From NCBI GenBank assembly GCA_951406725.2, contig OX597825.1, positions 6,200,001 through 6,264,000 of the forward strand: a stretch of DNA of 64,000 nt. Reading direction: 5' to 3'. Of this stretch, positions 51,045 to 64,000 are shown one piece after another (position 1 is the first letter of the stretch; each line of letters begins with the position of its first letter). The translations under genes were made by a program, and so were the position numbers. Origin of the DNA: Octopus vulgaris. Its lineage: Eukaryota. The notes beneath the pieces were generated by a model. The model did not search any database. It was not told the DNA's origin and saw only the letters and a program-made list of their open reading frames with translations.

Positions 51045-52053
51045 GTATATATATATATGCATATATATATGTATGTGTTTTACATATATATATATGTATA
51101 TATATGTATGTATATACATATATATATGCATATATCACTGGGCATTTTATCTGATACCTGTGTGTATAAATGTGATGCTTACGTCATTCAATTTTCATCA
51201 GACACGAAGAGAAAAAGTTGCAACAAAAATGAGTTTCTACATCAGGTTTTGTCAATAAATAGAACGAAAGGATATCATTAACCAGCAAAGCATCGCGATA
51301 ACAGATACTGTTTATTTTGGGTTAATTTCACCACAGTCTGAGTTCACATTAAACATCAGTGAAGAGCTATTACACATGAGAATAATTTTGAACATAATTT
51401 CTGCTGAATTTGCTCTTTCATTTGATTGAAACTAAAATTGGTAAACTGATTTCAAAACTACAGTCAGTTTTCTGCTAAATCTTTTTCTACAGTTTACTCT
51501 CAAAAATAAACACAATTGCATGGTTTGTCCGTAAGAAATAAAGCTGGTCTGCTGCTTTTATTATTTCGTTGATAACACTGGGGGACATGTTCGAAAGAAA
51601 TTTTTGGTGTCATGCTTTTTACAATTAGTCCTACCCAGTCTGATGGAGGTGCTGGATTCAGAAATGCCCTCAGACGTTTTCTACCACGCCAAGTTTTGCT
51701 TTGTTAAGCAGGAATCCATTTTCTTACCAATAAATACTCTTTTACTCTTTCACTCTTTTTTTTCTTACCAATAAATACTCTTTTTCTCTTACCCCTGTTT
51801 CAGTCATTTGACTGTGGCCATGCTGAAGCACCGCCTTTAGTCGAGCAAATCGACCCCAGGACTTATTCAAATGACTAAAACAAGCGAAAGAGTAAAAGAG
51901 TATTTATTGGTAAAAAAAGAGAGTGTAATTCCTGCCGAATTACACTCTCTTCCAAATGCCTGACAGATATGATTAGTATGGTGTGTAACACCACCACCAG
52001 TGGCCAGGCTGTCACTCATCTGTCTCGCTTTATGACTACACATATACATAGTG

Positions 52054-52775
52054 CATATTACTTAATGAATCCGGAAAATGTGAAACTTGTTGATTACATA
52101 TGTGGATTATATGCAATAAAAGTGATATTGAAATAAAACAGCTATGAATATATATCATACTTAATGCAAGCACGTCGGGAAAGTTAGACTAACTGCAATA
52201 TTCGTCCGGAGATAATATCCCTTATGGACGTACTCCGTTTAAAAACACAAAAACTATGTCAGTAGCCGAAGAAAATTGTCCAACAACAGCGGTGAGAATG
52301 GTGGACGTGCATTTCTGTATCATTGAACTTTATCAGTAGTATGCTCTTATTGCTAACTGCACGCTAAGGTAAATTCCGTCGCTACTGATGCAGGAAAACA
52401 GTGATTTAAAAAAATCACTGATATTGCGATTAACCGCCCAGCTGAATAAAAATCCATTATGTGCAACCGAAGCGGTATTAAATTAATCTAGTATTCTCAC
52501 TACCGTTGTTGGGACTAGTTTCGAATGCTACTGATATATGTTTGTGTTTTTAAACACAGTATGTTCATAAGAGATATTATCGCTGGACGAATATCGCAGT
52601 CAATTTACTTCTTGCGATGTAGCTGCATTTTGTATGATGCACATATGGCTATTTTAATCTAAAAATACTTCAAATTATATTTTGACTCAGTTATTTGTCC
52701 AGATGATTAGTTCGATCTTTAACTTTTCTAAGTTGATCAATTTCACACCCTTTCCTCAATGACTGGCAAGTATGC
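52054..52775. repeat. Old MITE/foldback with long imperfect inverted arms
   Basis: TATTCGTCCGGAGATAATATCCCTTATG...TTTAAAAACACAAA vs TTTGTGTTTTTAAA...CATAAGAGATATTATCGCTGGACGAATA. Confidence 0.7.
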
Positions 52776-52963
52776 TTAAGCTTTAATTATAGTTTTTATG
52801 TACAGTTGAAATAAACCACAGCTAGTGGGACCTCGAAGTAGTTTTGAATAAAAAATATATTAGATAATACTCTTATATGGAGTTCTTGTTGCAAACAATG
52901 TTCTTGGTTTTATGTATTCAAAAAACACTTTTTAAACATTATTTTATACGCATACCATATACA

Positions 52964-53055
<92 letters not shown>

Positions 53056-53143
53056 AGAGAGATTCAGGTGAAGACAGTCATATATAGATATATATATATA
53101 CATATATATATGTATATGTATATATATATGTATATATATATGT

Positions 53144-53222
<79 letters not shown>

Positions 53223-53300
53223 TATATATGTATATATATATATAGAAATATATATATACACATATACATATATATATATACACACATATATATATATATG

Positions 53301-53339
<39 letters not shown>

Positions 53340-54317
53340 TATACATACATATATAAATATATATATATATATAATGTATGAATGTATATGTGTATATACA
53401 CTCATAAGCACACACAAAGATATACATTGACACACACACAAACACACACATATATATATCCACACACACACGCATATATATATATATATATATATATATG
53501 GAAATATGTGTATGGAATATCTGTTTGTGTGTGTGTGCGCGTGTCAATGTATATCTTTGTGTGTGCTTATGAGTGTAGAGAGAAATAAAATATATGGTTG
53601 GACTGCAATGGAAGATATAATTGATAAATGCAAAAAGAAGAAGAAAAAAAAACCCAGTTCGCTTGTGATCTTAAGTGCTGTACTGACGCCATCTTGTATT
53701 GAAGGAACTAATCAACATTAAATGTTAATCGCGTTGGCATACTTCATATGGCTGGAAGGATATCAAAGAGGCTGGCAAGCTGAGAAACACTATTTAACTT
53801 CATGTGCACTGTACCATAAGCCATATTTCGTTTGAAGGAGCTATGAATCTTGAAGATTCTTAAGATAACACAACTAAGAAATATTCAAAGATGAAGATCG
53901 ATCAAGATTATATCTTTATTATAGGTTAAAACTTTTGGCATAAAATAAAACAGTAAATATATGTCAATGTGTTGTGTCTGACTATTTGAAAATATTAGTC
54001 TTCAATAATATATATTTTTTTTTCAGTTTTCTGAATTAAAATGTAATTATAGTCTTTCGGTGGAAGAGTTTCTATATCTGAATTGCTAATTCGTAACCCG
54101 CAACTATTGATGCAGTTAGCTGTTCTTTGCATTAGTTAATATTTTTCCGCGGCCCAAATTACATGAAAAGGAAAGAGTTGAACAGGTTAAGAGAGCGACA
54201 GGTGAAGAAGATTTGAACTCGTGTGTATGTATTAAAAGTAAACCGTATACTTTTGTATTTTAGATGTACCTTTTTGAGTGATGTCATTTAATGGAGCACA
54301 ATAAAAGTTTAGATAGT

Positions 54318-54476
54318 CGCAGGCGTGGCTATGTGTTAAGAAGTTTGCTTCCCAACCACATGGCTTTGGGTTCAGTCCCACTGCGTGGCACCTTGGGGAA
54401 AGTGTCTTCTAATATAGCCTCGGGCCGACCAAAGCCTTGTGAGTGGATTTGGTAGACGGAAACTAAAAGACCGTCG

Positions 54477-54480
<4 letters not shown>
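54318..54480 (+). mobile_element. SINE family A left half ending in (CA)n
   Basis: Head through ccgtcgtata. Confidence 0.8.
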
Positions 54481-54514
<34 letters not shown>

Positions 54515-54879
54515 TACACACACACACACACACACACACATGTATGTGTATGTGTGTATTTATTACATGCACCTATATGTTGCATCGATTAGCAAAAACG
54601 TCCCAACAGAACACAAATATCACAAAATATTCAATAGAAAAGTTAGCTACTGTTGCATAGACTATAAGCATAACACACAGTCACTAAACAACAATGCAAC
54701 AATGAAATCACAGCACACAGTCGTAGACACAGGAAACTAAAACAGAGCTAGACCACGCCCTTTACACGGATATTTCCTCCAGATCTTATCTGCTACAAAC
54801 CAACAGAATCGCAAGTTGGGCAACGTGAGCAATCTACATCAGCACCAACGGAGAAAGTTTCAAAGGCAGTGACAAGTAA

Positions 54880-55095
54880 CACACATATTCCAGAATATAA
54901 GCAAAACAAATGCAACTTCCCTCTTTAAGCACATCTGGGAATTAAAAAAAAATACGAGAGCAAATATGAAATGGGAAATAATAGACTCTGTAGCACCACA
55001 TAAAAGGTTCCAAATTTGCTTGCTGCGCAACACAGAGAAGTACCATGTAATCACGAATAACACATTCATTAAACAAAGGAATGAAATAATTCTTT
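54880..55095 (+). mobile_element. Penelope-like GIY-YIG endonuclease C-terminal remnant
   Basis: TSLFKHIWELK...MKWEII...CLLRNTEKYHVI...QRNEII, decayed LSxHIWELK/CxLCxxEK/KRxE pattern. Confidence 0.5.
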
Positions 55096-55871
55096 TAGAA
55101 GTTGAATAATTTCATCTTTAAAGGAAGAAAAACGAAAGGTCCGAGCGTCAATCTGGATAAGATATCCCCCAAGTCCTCCCATACACACCCCAAAACGTTG
55201 CTTCCATAAAATTCAAACACAAACATCCTTTTTCTACTCTTTGTCTCTATTGAGTACTTCAGTTTGGTTCTCAATGTATCTCTAAAAGAAACGGAGAAAC
55301 TCTCGAAATGCAAAGATCCGGAAATAGAAATGATTCGAACGTGGAACCTGAAAACAGAAAGAATACCCATAAAAATTGATGCTTTAGGAATGATTTTAAT
55401 AAAAGAAACAGACGGGGACAGCTAGGATTCTGAGATTAGTACTTGGATGTTGAATGTCTCCCACGATGATAAACATATTGCTACCATTTCCTTCTACCTG
55501 TTCCCCTGTATTCCTTTTCGCTCTTTTTATTCCTTCTCTTTTCTTTAAATAAAGCGCACATTACACCACCATATTTGCTTACACGAAGGAAAATGTTTTG
55601 CTCTGACACACGTAAACAAAAATATCGACTCACAGCAACACACAAGACAATAACAAAGCAAGCATTGGCCATAACACTTGCAAAGATACTAACACTCTCA
55701 CATATACGAAAACAAAGCAATCTGAATATCTATAATTCAAATAGCACAATATAAAAAAAAAAAAACAGAGGGCGCTGGTTACAACGCCCACGTTCATTTA
55801 TACAAACAAACAAAATCATCAACTCATTTATAATTTCAACAACACGCGATAACTCTGTCCTCTTCCTTCCG

Positions 55872-56283
55872 GGATCTTTTCGGTTTGAACGGCAGTTTTT
55901 TTCTAGCGGTGTCATATGAAATTGTCACCCATAATTATGACCCTAGTATCGATCTATTACATTTCAATCTATTTTAGGGTTAGGGTTAGGGGGAAGGGTA
56001 TCTTTTTTTCTTCACAAATGTAAATAAACCCAATCTGTTTCTTAAACGAGGGACATATTCATACGGCACAGAATGCTTTTTACCTCAATAGACGTCACTG
56101 ATTGGTTGAAATTGCAGAAATTGAAGAAAAAGAACAACAAATATCTTACAAACTATAGAATTTTCTCAATAAAACCAAGAGAAAAAGATGTTTTATAAAC
56201 ACATTCTACCAATATACGAAGTTTTTAATTTTTTAGTTACCTAGAAATTATGTTAAAAACTGCCGTTCAAACCGAAAAGATCC
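55872..56283. mobile_element. Second, deleted copy of the GGATCTTTTCGG-TIR element
   Basis: TIRs GGATCTTTTCGGTTTGAACGGCAGTTTT / AAAACTGCCGTTCAAACCGAAAAGATCC; body similar to 9649-10749; no TSD seen. Confidence 0.8.
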
Positions 56284-57137
56284 ATTATTTTTATTATTAC
56301 ATGATGATATCAATATTTCACAGCATTGAATAGATTTCTCGCATCACAATACACAACATGACTTTGTGTATTTCAGTTACGTAAGGTGTTTTTCTATTTG
56401 ATGTTTGTAATGCCATAATAAACATATAGAGGTGGGTGCTATGAACTGTTAGTATTGTGTTAGCAAGCTTTCTATGCGGTGCCATAATTAGATATTAATA
56501 GATATCAGTTCCTCGGAATGAGGTTTAGAACAATCGTAGATAATGATGAGAGAAGAGGAGACAGAGGAAGGAAGAAAGAAACACACGGTGATAGGCAGAC
56601 AGACAGACAGAGGTGTGGAAAGATATGTTATTGACCCACGAATAAACCTCCGTAGATATTCACAGAAAAAGAAAAGAGATAAATAGAATAAGAGAGAGGA
56701 TTAAAATTTAAAACGTGTTGTTTGCTCTTTGACAGAGCAAGAATCGGTTGAGTTGGTTGGCGAGGTCAACACGAGTTAGAAATATGTGACAGAAGCAGCA
56801 AGAGTTATTCATGTTTACTACTTGCATGAGAGTTGTGGTAGATTTGGTAGCAGAAGCGAGCCATGAAGAAAAACTGGTTGGCTTGCTTCGTTTGTTGTTT
56901 ATATTGGTCTTCGAGGATAAATAAATAAAACATAAGCATCATCGCGTCATTGCTGTGTTTACAGCATTTACAGGGTGTTTTGCAGTGGTATGAACGGTGT
57001 CGAAGGTGTTTAACAATTTTACAGCGAACCACGAGAAGAAGGATCGACCGGCATTAGTTCAAGTAATATTTGTATTTGTCTTCGCTGGTAGAGATATAAA
57101 TAAATATGCGTTTACAATGTTTAATGGGTGTATTTTC

Positions 57138-57852
57138 AGGTGGTTAGACCGTCGAGCTTACGATCGTGAGGTTGTGAGTTCGATTCCCGGACAGGACTGC
57201 GTGTTGTGTTCTTGAACAAGACACTTTATTTCATGTTGCTCCAGTTCACTCAGCTGCAGAAATGAGTTGCGACATCACTGGTGCCAAGCTGTATCGGCCC
57301 TTGTCTTTCCCTTGGATAGGAGGAAGCACTCCGTCGGTTACGACGATGAGGGTTCCGGTTGATCCGAATCAACGGAACAGCCTGCTCGTGAAATTAACGT
57401 GTAAGTGGCTGAGCACTCCACAGACACGTGCACCCTTAACGTAGTTCTCAGGGATATTCAGCGTGACACAGAGAGTGACAAGGCAGGCCCCTTGAAATAC
57501 AGGTACAACAGAAACAGGAAGTAAGAGTGAGAGAAAGTTGTGGTGAAAGAGTACAGCTGGGATCACCACCATCCCCTGCCGGAGCCTCGTGGAGCTTTTA
57601 GGTGTTTTCGCTCAATAAACACTCACAACGCCCGGTTTGGGAATCGAAACCGCGATCCTATGACCGCGAGTCCGCTCCCCTAACCACTGGGCCATTGCGC
57701 TTCCTCCCTTGGATAACATCGGTGGTGTGGAGAAGAGAGGCTGGTATGCATGGCCAACTGCTGGCCTCCTACAAACAACCTTGCTCGGACTTGTGCCTCG
57801 GAGGGTAACTTTCTAGGTGCAATCCCATGGTCATTCATGACCGAAGGGGGTC
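57138..57852 (+). mobile_element. SINE family C with nested antisense family D copy (57319-57704)
   Basis: TSD tcccttggata around the inner element. Confidence 0.85.
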
Positions 57853-58259
57853 TCCCCTCTCTCTCTATATTAACAGTTTAACAGTTTTCTAAGATGGTTA
57901 AAGTATCGGCTGCACTTTACAGCCCTCGTAGCTATGTAGCTAGTATTTCAACTGTTGTTATTGTTATTGCTGTTGTCGTTGTTGTTATTGTTTTACTTCT
58001 CAGAGTGCTCGGTCTTGTTTGCTCTAATTGATTCTGTGAGAGCGAACAACATCCTGTTGTCAGAGGTCTCACGGGGTCTCTTTCCGCGCATTATAAGCTT
58101 TGATACTTGGTTGTCAATTATCGTGGGAGACATTCAACATCCAAGTGCCAACCTCAGAATCCTAGCTGCCCCCGTCTATGTTTGTTTTGTTACACATTCG
58201 AATCATTTCTATTTCCAGATCTTTGCATTTCGAGAGCTTTTCCGTTTCTTTTAGAGATA

Positions 58260-58825
58260 CATTGAGAACTAAATTAAAGTACTCAATAGAGATCTAAGAC
58301 GGATACATGCAATCCTAGAACAGAAGGTTATGGAAAGACACAGGAATGAAATGCAAAGGAAGTGCGTCAGACGCGAAGGACTGCAGGTAGTTAAAGAAGA
58401 ACGAAGACAAAGAATCGAAACAGTGTCAGGTAAAGAAAAAATAATAACAGAATCCAACAGAAAAGAAATTAGTACCAGCTGAATAAATTTTTCAAGAAGA
58501 AGGAAAGAAAATTCTAGAAACAATTGAACAATGAAAAGGAGCATCAGGGAAAGGACATGCCAGATGCTGAAGCAGGAAGAAAATTCTAAAAGAAAGGGAA
58601 GCCAGCAACAATAAACGTATTACATCTTTATCTTTTACTCTGGGAGTTATTCACTGGTCTTATTGCTGATAAAATATATAATATTCTGGGAAAGGAGAAT
58701 TTATTTCTAGCGGAGCAAAATGGATGCAGAAAGAAGTTAAGGGGAACTGTCGATCTGTTGTAAGTAGATCGTAGGATATTAAATGAGTAAGAAAGAATTT
58801 AGCTATTGGTTGGATATATTACATT
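58260..58825 (+). mobile_element. R4/Dong-like non-LTR retrotransposon remnant
   Basis: LFTGLIADKIY...EQNGCRKKLRGTVDLL*VD...NLAIGWIYY, decayed EQxGC..GT.D.L.ID..NL...WIDY; upstream EERRQRI segment. Confidence 0.55.
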
Positions 58826-59151
58826 TAATACTTTTTTCGCTGTATTGTGTATTTGTTTCTGTTTTGCATTTGTTTCTTTTTGTATCTGATTTTTATTGAT
58901 CTTCTATAATAATGAAGCTGTATCCCTTAATTTGCTACATTTCTATACACATACCGAGAAGAAACCTTACGGAACAGAGGTTATTTTAACGAGATACATC
59001 TTGTAATCACCCGAGGAGATACATCTACATAGACGGATACTCCTAAACCAGTTGTTCAGTATCTCACCCGTGAGGAATTGATGCTAGATGGATCGGAACA
59101 ATTGTAGTGATCAATAAACATTCTCGTATCTTCCATCTATCGTCTCTCTCT

Positions 59152-59185
<34 letters not shown>

Positions 59186-60699
59186 ACTAGCATATGTGTA
59201 TGTGCATCAACACATCTACGTTAATGGGCTTTATTACTTCCGATGAAGATAAGACACGTAATACAAGAATCCATTTGTTGTTTGAAATTACATTTGTAGT
59301 TAAAGTTCTGTACATGAAAAATATAAGCCTGCAATAAGTTTTTATTTTTTAGGTCAGACATCAGGAAAATGGATCTCAAAAGTGTTTCTCTGTATTTCAC
59401 ACGGCTCAAAGTCAATAGATTAATATCTAATATATTCCAAACGTAATAACTAGAAAGATAACGCCAAACTGTTTCTCACAACTCGTCAGACGCTAATTTA
59501 TATAATGAATTCTTGTCTCCCGAAACTAAATACATAATGACCAGCTTCTAAATAACACCAGTCCTACACTATTTGTACACACACGACTCAGTTTTAATAT
59601 TCTTATATCCCATTTTCTTCCCAGGGAATTGATGATCAAACAGTACAATATATTTCAACTAAGAACTAACTGTCAATCAATTTATCGAATTTTTGTTATA
59701 GTCGCATATATTTGTAACCTATCAACTTCAAGAGACATTGGTTACATATTAAAAACGAACGCCTTAGCATTTTTATATTCTTGATTGTGATGTTGATAAC
59801 TTCATATTCTTGCTCTTTTGCAAATATTGACTACGTTTCTTTAGGTTTAATGTGTAGAACTCATTATTCCAGCGCTGGTTTTTGTTTTGAATATATTCTT
59901 GGTTATATTGTTTTTAGATTTTTTTTTGATGTTTATTTAAAAAAAAATCTTCTGGATGATGAATATTCATGAAACTATAGTTATAGCATTTTGTTCGTTA
60001 TTTCTTGTTCCTCTTTTCCTTTGGTCATATTTTTATTTTGTATTTGTATTCGCAGTCATTCCCGTGGTTAGATAGGAATTGATATGAAAATTTAGTAAGT
60101 GATAAATATCTGACCTAATTCGGTTCCAAACATGAAGCATACAAAGAAATATTAACACAAGAACGGTAAATTATAAAATTTATATAATCATTCATATATA
60201 TGTACATACATGCGTACATTCATATGCACGTGCATACATGTATGATATATACATACATACTATCATATGTGCGTACATACATGCATGATACATACTTACA
60301 TACATACATGCATGATACATACATGCATGATACATACATGCATGATACATACATGCATGATACATACATACATACATGTATACATGCATGCATACATACA
60401 TGCATACATACATACATACATACATGCACACATGCATAAGCTTGGATTTTCAGAAAAAGAAATCAACCATGTGAAATGCACATTACATACACAATCTGTA
60501 AGCGGAACAGTAAAACTCTGCAAGACTTTACTCAGGTTTAAAATGCGACAGTGCTTTCATTATCTACATTCCAAAGATGGAGCTTTGTGTCTTTGTTAGA
60601 AACCAACGCTCTCTTCAGATGAAGAATTCAATTAGTTAAAACCCAAAAGAACCCCCCCCCCCACACGCATTCACGTATCAGCAGAAGCGACAAAGTGAT

Positions 60700-60945
60700 T
60701 CAAGGTCCGAGAGTTTCTTGCATGGCACTTATACACACGGGTCCAAATACTGTAATAGCTTGGGATTTAAAGGCCCATAGATCTTCAACACCTTCCCAAA
60801 AGAGATGAGGGACCTACATGTTGTGGATGTAGATGTCTTCAATACTAAACTGGGTCTACTCTTGTTAAAGAGTCCCAAACGAGCCAACTTCGCGACAGGA
60901 AGCGGAAGTGATGGCACAGCATAAAACTCCCTCATTCACCAAATG
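60700..60945 (+). mobile_element. CR1/Crack-like LINE 3' remnant
   Basis: YCNSLGFKGP*IFNTFPKEMRDLHVVDVDVFNTKL. Confidence 0.6.
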
Positions 60946-61078
60946 CCAACTATTCTCTTCTACTCTAGGAACAAGGCCCAAAATTGTTGGGGACCAGTCG
61001 ATTAGATAGACCCTCCACCAGTACGCAACTGGTACTTAATTTATCATCTCCGAAAGGATGAAAGGCAAAGTCGATGTA

Positions 61079-61120
<42 letters not shown>

Positions 61121-61634
61121 CACGCACAAGCATAGACACATGCATATGATTTGTGCATATATATGTAAACATTGGAAGAAACCTATTTGTGAGAGAAATA
61201 ATGAGAATGTAATCATAGTTTTCTATGTTTTTGATCTAAGTATAAAAGAGGAGGGTATGGCCACGGTTTATTAATAGCTCCTGGAAAGACTCACCCGGCC
61301 TCTCTCACCAACTAATACCACAGAATACTCAGATGCTATATAAACCAGTCATACCTCTGGCTATCACCGTAGTGGAAAGCTTAATTTGTATATGTGTGCC
61401 CTTCACAGCATATGTTAATTAAGTTCTATATATCTTAGGTACAACACAGTGTAAGTAAGAAGGATTAGAATAAATTTGAATAATAAAAATAACCTAGTTG
61501 TGAGAGAAAATATTTACAATGTAAAAACGTTCATTCTGTGCTTATAATGGCGGAAAGGAGAGAGGTGAACTTCTTATAGGACTGTTTCAAGGTTTGTTGA
61601 CTGGTTCTTTGAGAAGACACCTCCTTATCGCTCC

Positions 61635-61745
<111 letters not shown>

Positions 61746-61939
61746 ATCATTAACAGAATATTTAGTTTATGTACACATACATACAAACAAACATACAAAC
61801 ATACATGCATACATACATGCATACATATATGTATTTATGTATGTATGTATGTATGTATGTATATATGTATGTATATGAGTATGTATGTGCCTCTGTGTGT
61901 GTGTGTATGTATGTATGTATGTATGTGTGTATGTATGTA

Positions 61940-61979
<40 letters not shown>

Positions 61980-61985
61980 CATATA

Positions 61986-62049
<64 letters not shown>

Positions 62050-63209
62050 CATACACACACATACTTCTATGTTTTCTTCTATCGCTGTCCCCTATTATGT
62101 AGCTTTCTACGCATTATTATTTTCTCTTTCATTGAAAATATTGTCGCTGCAACTTTATTTCTTTCACACATTTCTTTACTTATGACTTCTCTCACCGCGA
62201 AAACAAGATTTCTATTCAAGCTCAGATAATTCTGCTTTTGTTTTCTTCATCTCTTTTTGTCTCTCATCCCACTTATCTTCTTTGTCTTTTTATAATTTTT
62301 ATTCAAATGAAAACTTAGCTGTTACTACGTTCTTTCTCTTAGATATGTATGGATGCGACTCGATATTTCTGCAATACAATTTTTCGTGAAGCGGATTTTT
62401 TAAAAATTCACCATGTTTACAGTCTACACTCAAAACGGATGAAGTTTAGGTGAAAAAAAAAAAAAAAAAAATTTAAGTTGAAGCAATTTTTTCGTGAAAT
62501 CTCTTTTCGTGTCTGTCCCCATTTTCCCTTTATTTTTTTTACGAGTTATTAATGTTTGTCTTACATGACCGAAAACAATAGCTACATCACTGCTTCTCTT
62601 ATTCATATCCATATACGACGGAATCACCTCCAGTGTGCCAACCTGTCTCACGTTTGGCTTTAAAGTTAGCTCACTGTACTTTAACCGTTCTCTCTTTCTC
62701 TGTATGTACTTTATTTTGAAATAATAGCATGAAATTTAATATAAAAAAAATTGTAAATATACGAAACATGACAGTTTAAAAATGCGTTAATTAATGCATC
62801 TTACGATCGTTTCACGTAAGTATTTGTCATAATAATGGAATCCATTGTAGAAACACATTGATAGACAATACTTGCGCTCGTCAGAGATGGAGAAGATAAA
62901 GTTTTTATAATATATCGAATGTTGTTTTGAAATTAGAAAAATATATGAGAAAGTATTTTTGAAAAACAGATTAAAATTTACCGGTTTAGATTTATGCAGG
63001 TAGACTTTGGTAAGAAAATTTAAAGTTTGTATATATATGTCCTTGGTAAATTCATCTTGGTAATCCATGACAGTTTTGTATAAACAGTACCTTATCCTGC
63101 ATTCCGTATTAGAAATGTAGCAAGTTGACATTTTATACAAAGAGCACTCATTATAAATTCAGTGTATAATATTCTAACAGAATATATTTAATTAATGATA
63201 CATATGTAC

Positions 63210-63932
63210 TATGTATGTATGTATGTATGTATGTATGTATGTATGTATGTATGTATGTATGTATGTATGTATGTATGTATGAATGTATGTATGAATGTAT
63301 GTATGTATGTATGAATGCATGTATGTATGTATGTATGTATGTATGTATGAATGTATGTATGTATGTATGTATGTATGTATGAATGTATGTATGAATGTAT
63401 GTATGTATGTATGTATGTATGTATGTATGTATGAATGTATGTATGAATGTATGTATGTATGTATGAATGTATGTATGTATGTATGTATGTATGTATGTAT
63501 GTATGTATGTATGTATGTATGAATGTATGAATGTATGTATGTATGAATGTATATATGTATGTATGAATGTATGTATGAATGTATGAATGTATGTATGTAT
63601 GTATGTATGTATGTATGTATGTATGTATGTATGTATGAATGTATGTATGTATGAATGTATGTATGTATGGATGTATGTATGTATGTATGTATGTATGTAT
63701 GAATGTATGTATGAATGTATGTATGAATGTATGTATGAATGTATGTATGTATGTATGTATGTATGAATATATGAATGTATGTATGTATGAATGTATGTAT
63801 GTATGTATGTATGTATGTATGTATGTATGTATGTATGTATGTATGTATGAATGTATGTATGAATGTATGTATGAATGTATGTATGTATGTATGTATGTAT
63901 GTATGTATGTATGTATGTATGTATGTATGTAT
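63210..63932. repeat. (TATG)n/(AATG) microsatellite ~720 bp
   Basis: Direct reading. Confidence 0.97.
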
Positions 63933-64000
63933 CAGTGGTTAGAGCGTCGAGCTTACGATCGTGAGGTTGTGAGCTCGAATCCCGGACCGGGCTGCGTGTT

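Noticed and set aside
55973-55991. Interstitial telomere
   Set aside because: Only three units, inside a MITE
62430-63140. Possible minus-strand exons (RQVGTLEVIPSY...)
   Set aside because: No recognisable protein family and weak splice acceptor

Overview
AT-rich, repeat-dense eukaryotic genomic DNA, most likely an octopus (inferred from the SINE families and microsatellite load, not provable from the window alone). Host genes lie in the first ~12 kb: the last five coding exons of a HACD3/PTPLAD1-like 3-hydroxyacyl-CoA dehydratase (+), a tRNA-Gly(TCC) antisense inside one of its introns, and an intronless CIAO2B (FAM96B/MIP18) gene (+). The other ~52 kb has no supportable host gene. It is a mosaic of at least five SINE-like families, four clustered Merlin (IS1595-like) elements, Helitrons, mariner, hAT and piggyBac MITEs, RTE/BovB-like, CR1/L2, R4/Dong-like and Penelope remnants, foldback palindromes and long microsatellites. 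The most notable hidden signals are (1) several unrelated short repeat modules next to microsatellites that carry minimal type I hammerhead-ribozyme cores (Penelope pLTR/retrozyme-like), (2) tRNA-like heads embedded in foldbacks, and (3) a tRNA gene lacking a nearby terminator that reads into a SINE. Exon, tRNA and TIR/TSD boundaries were counted by hand; SINE and LINE boundaries are approximate.
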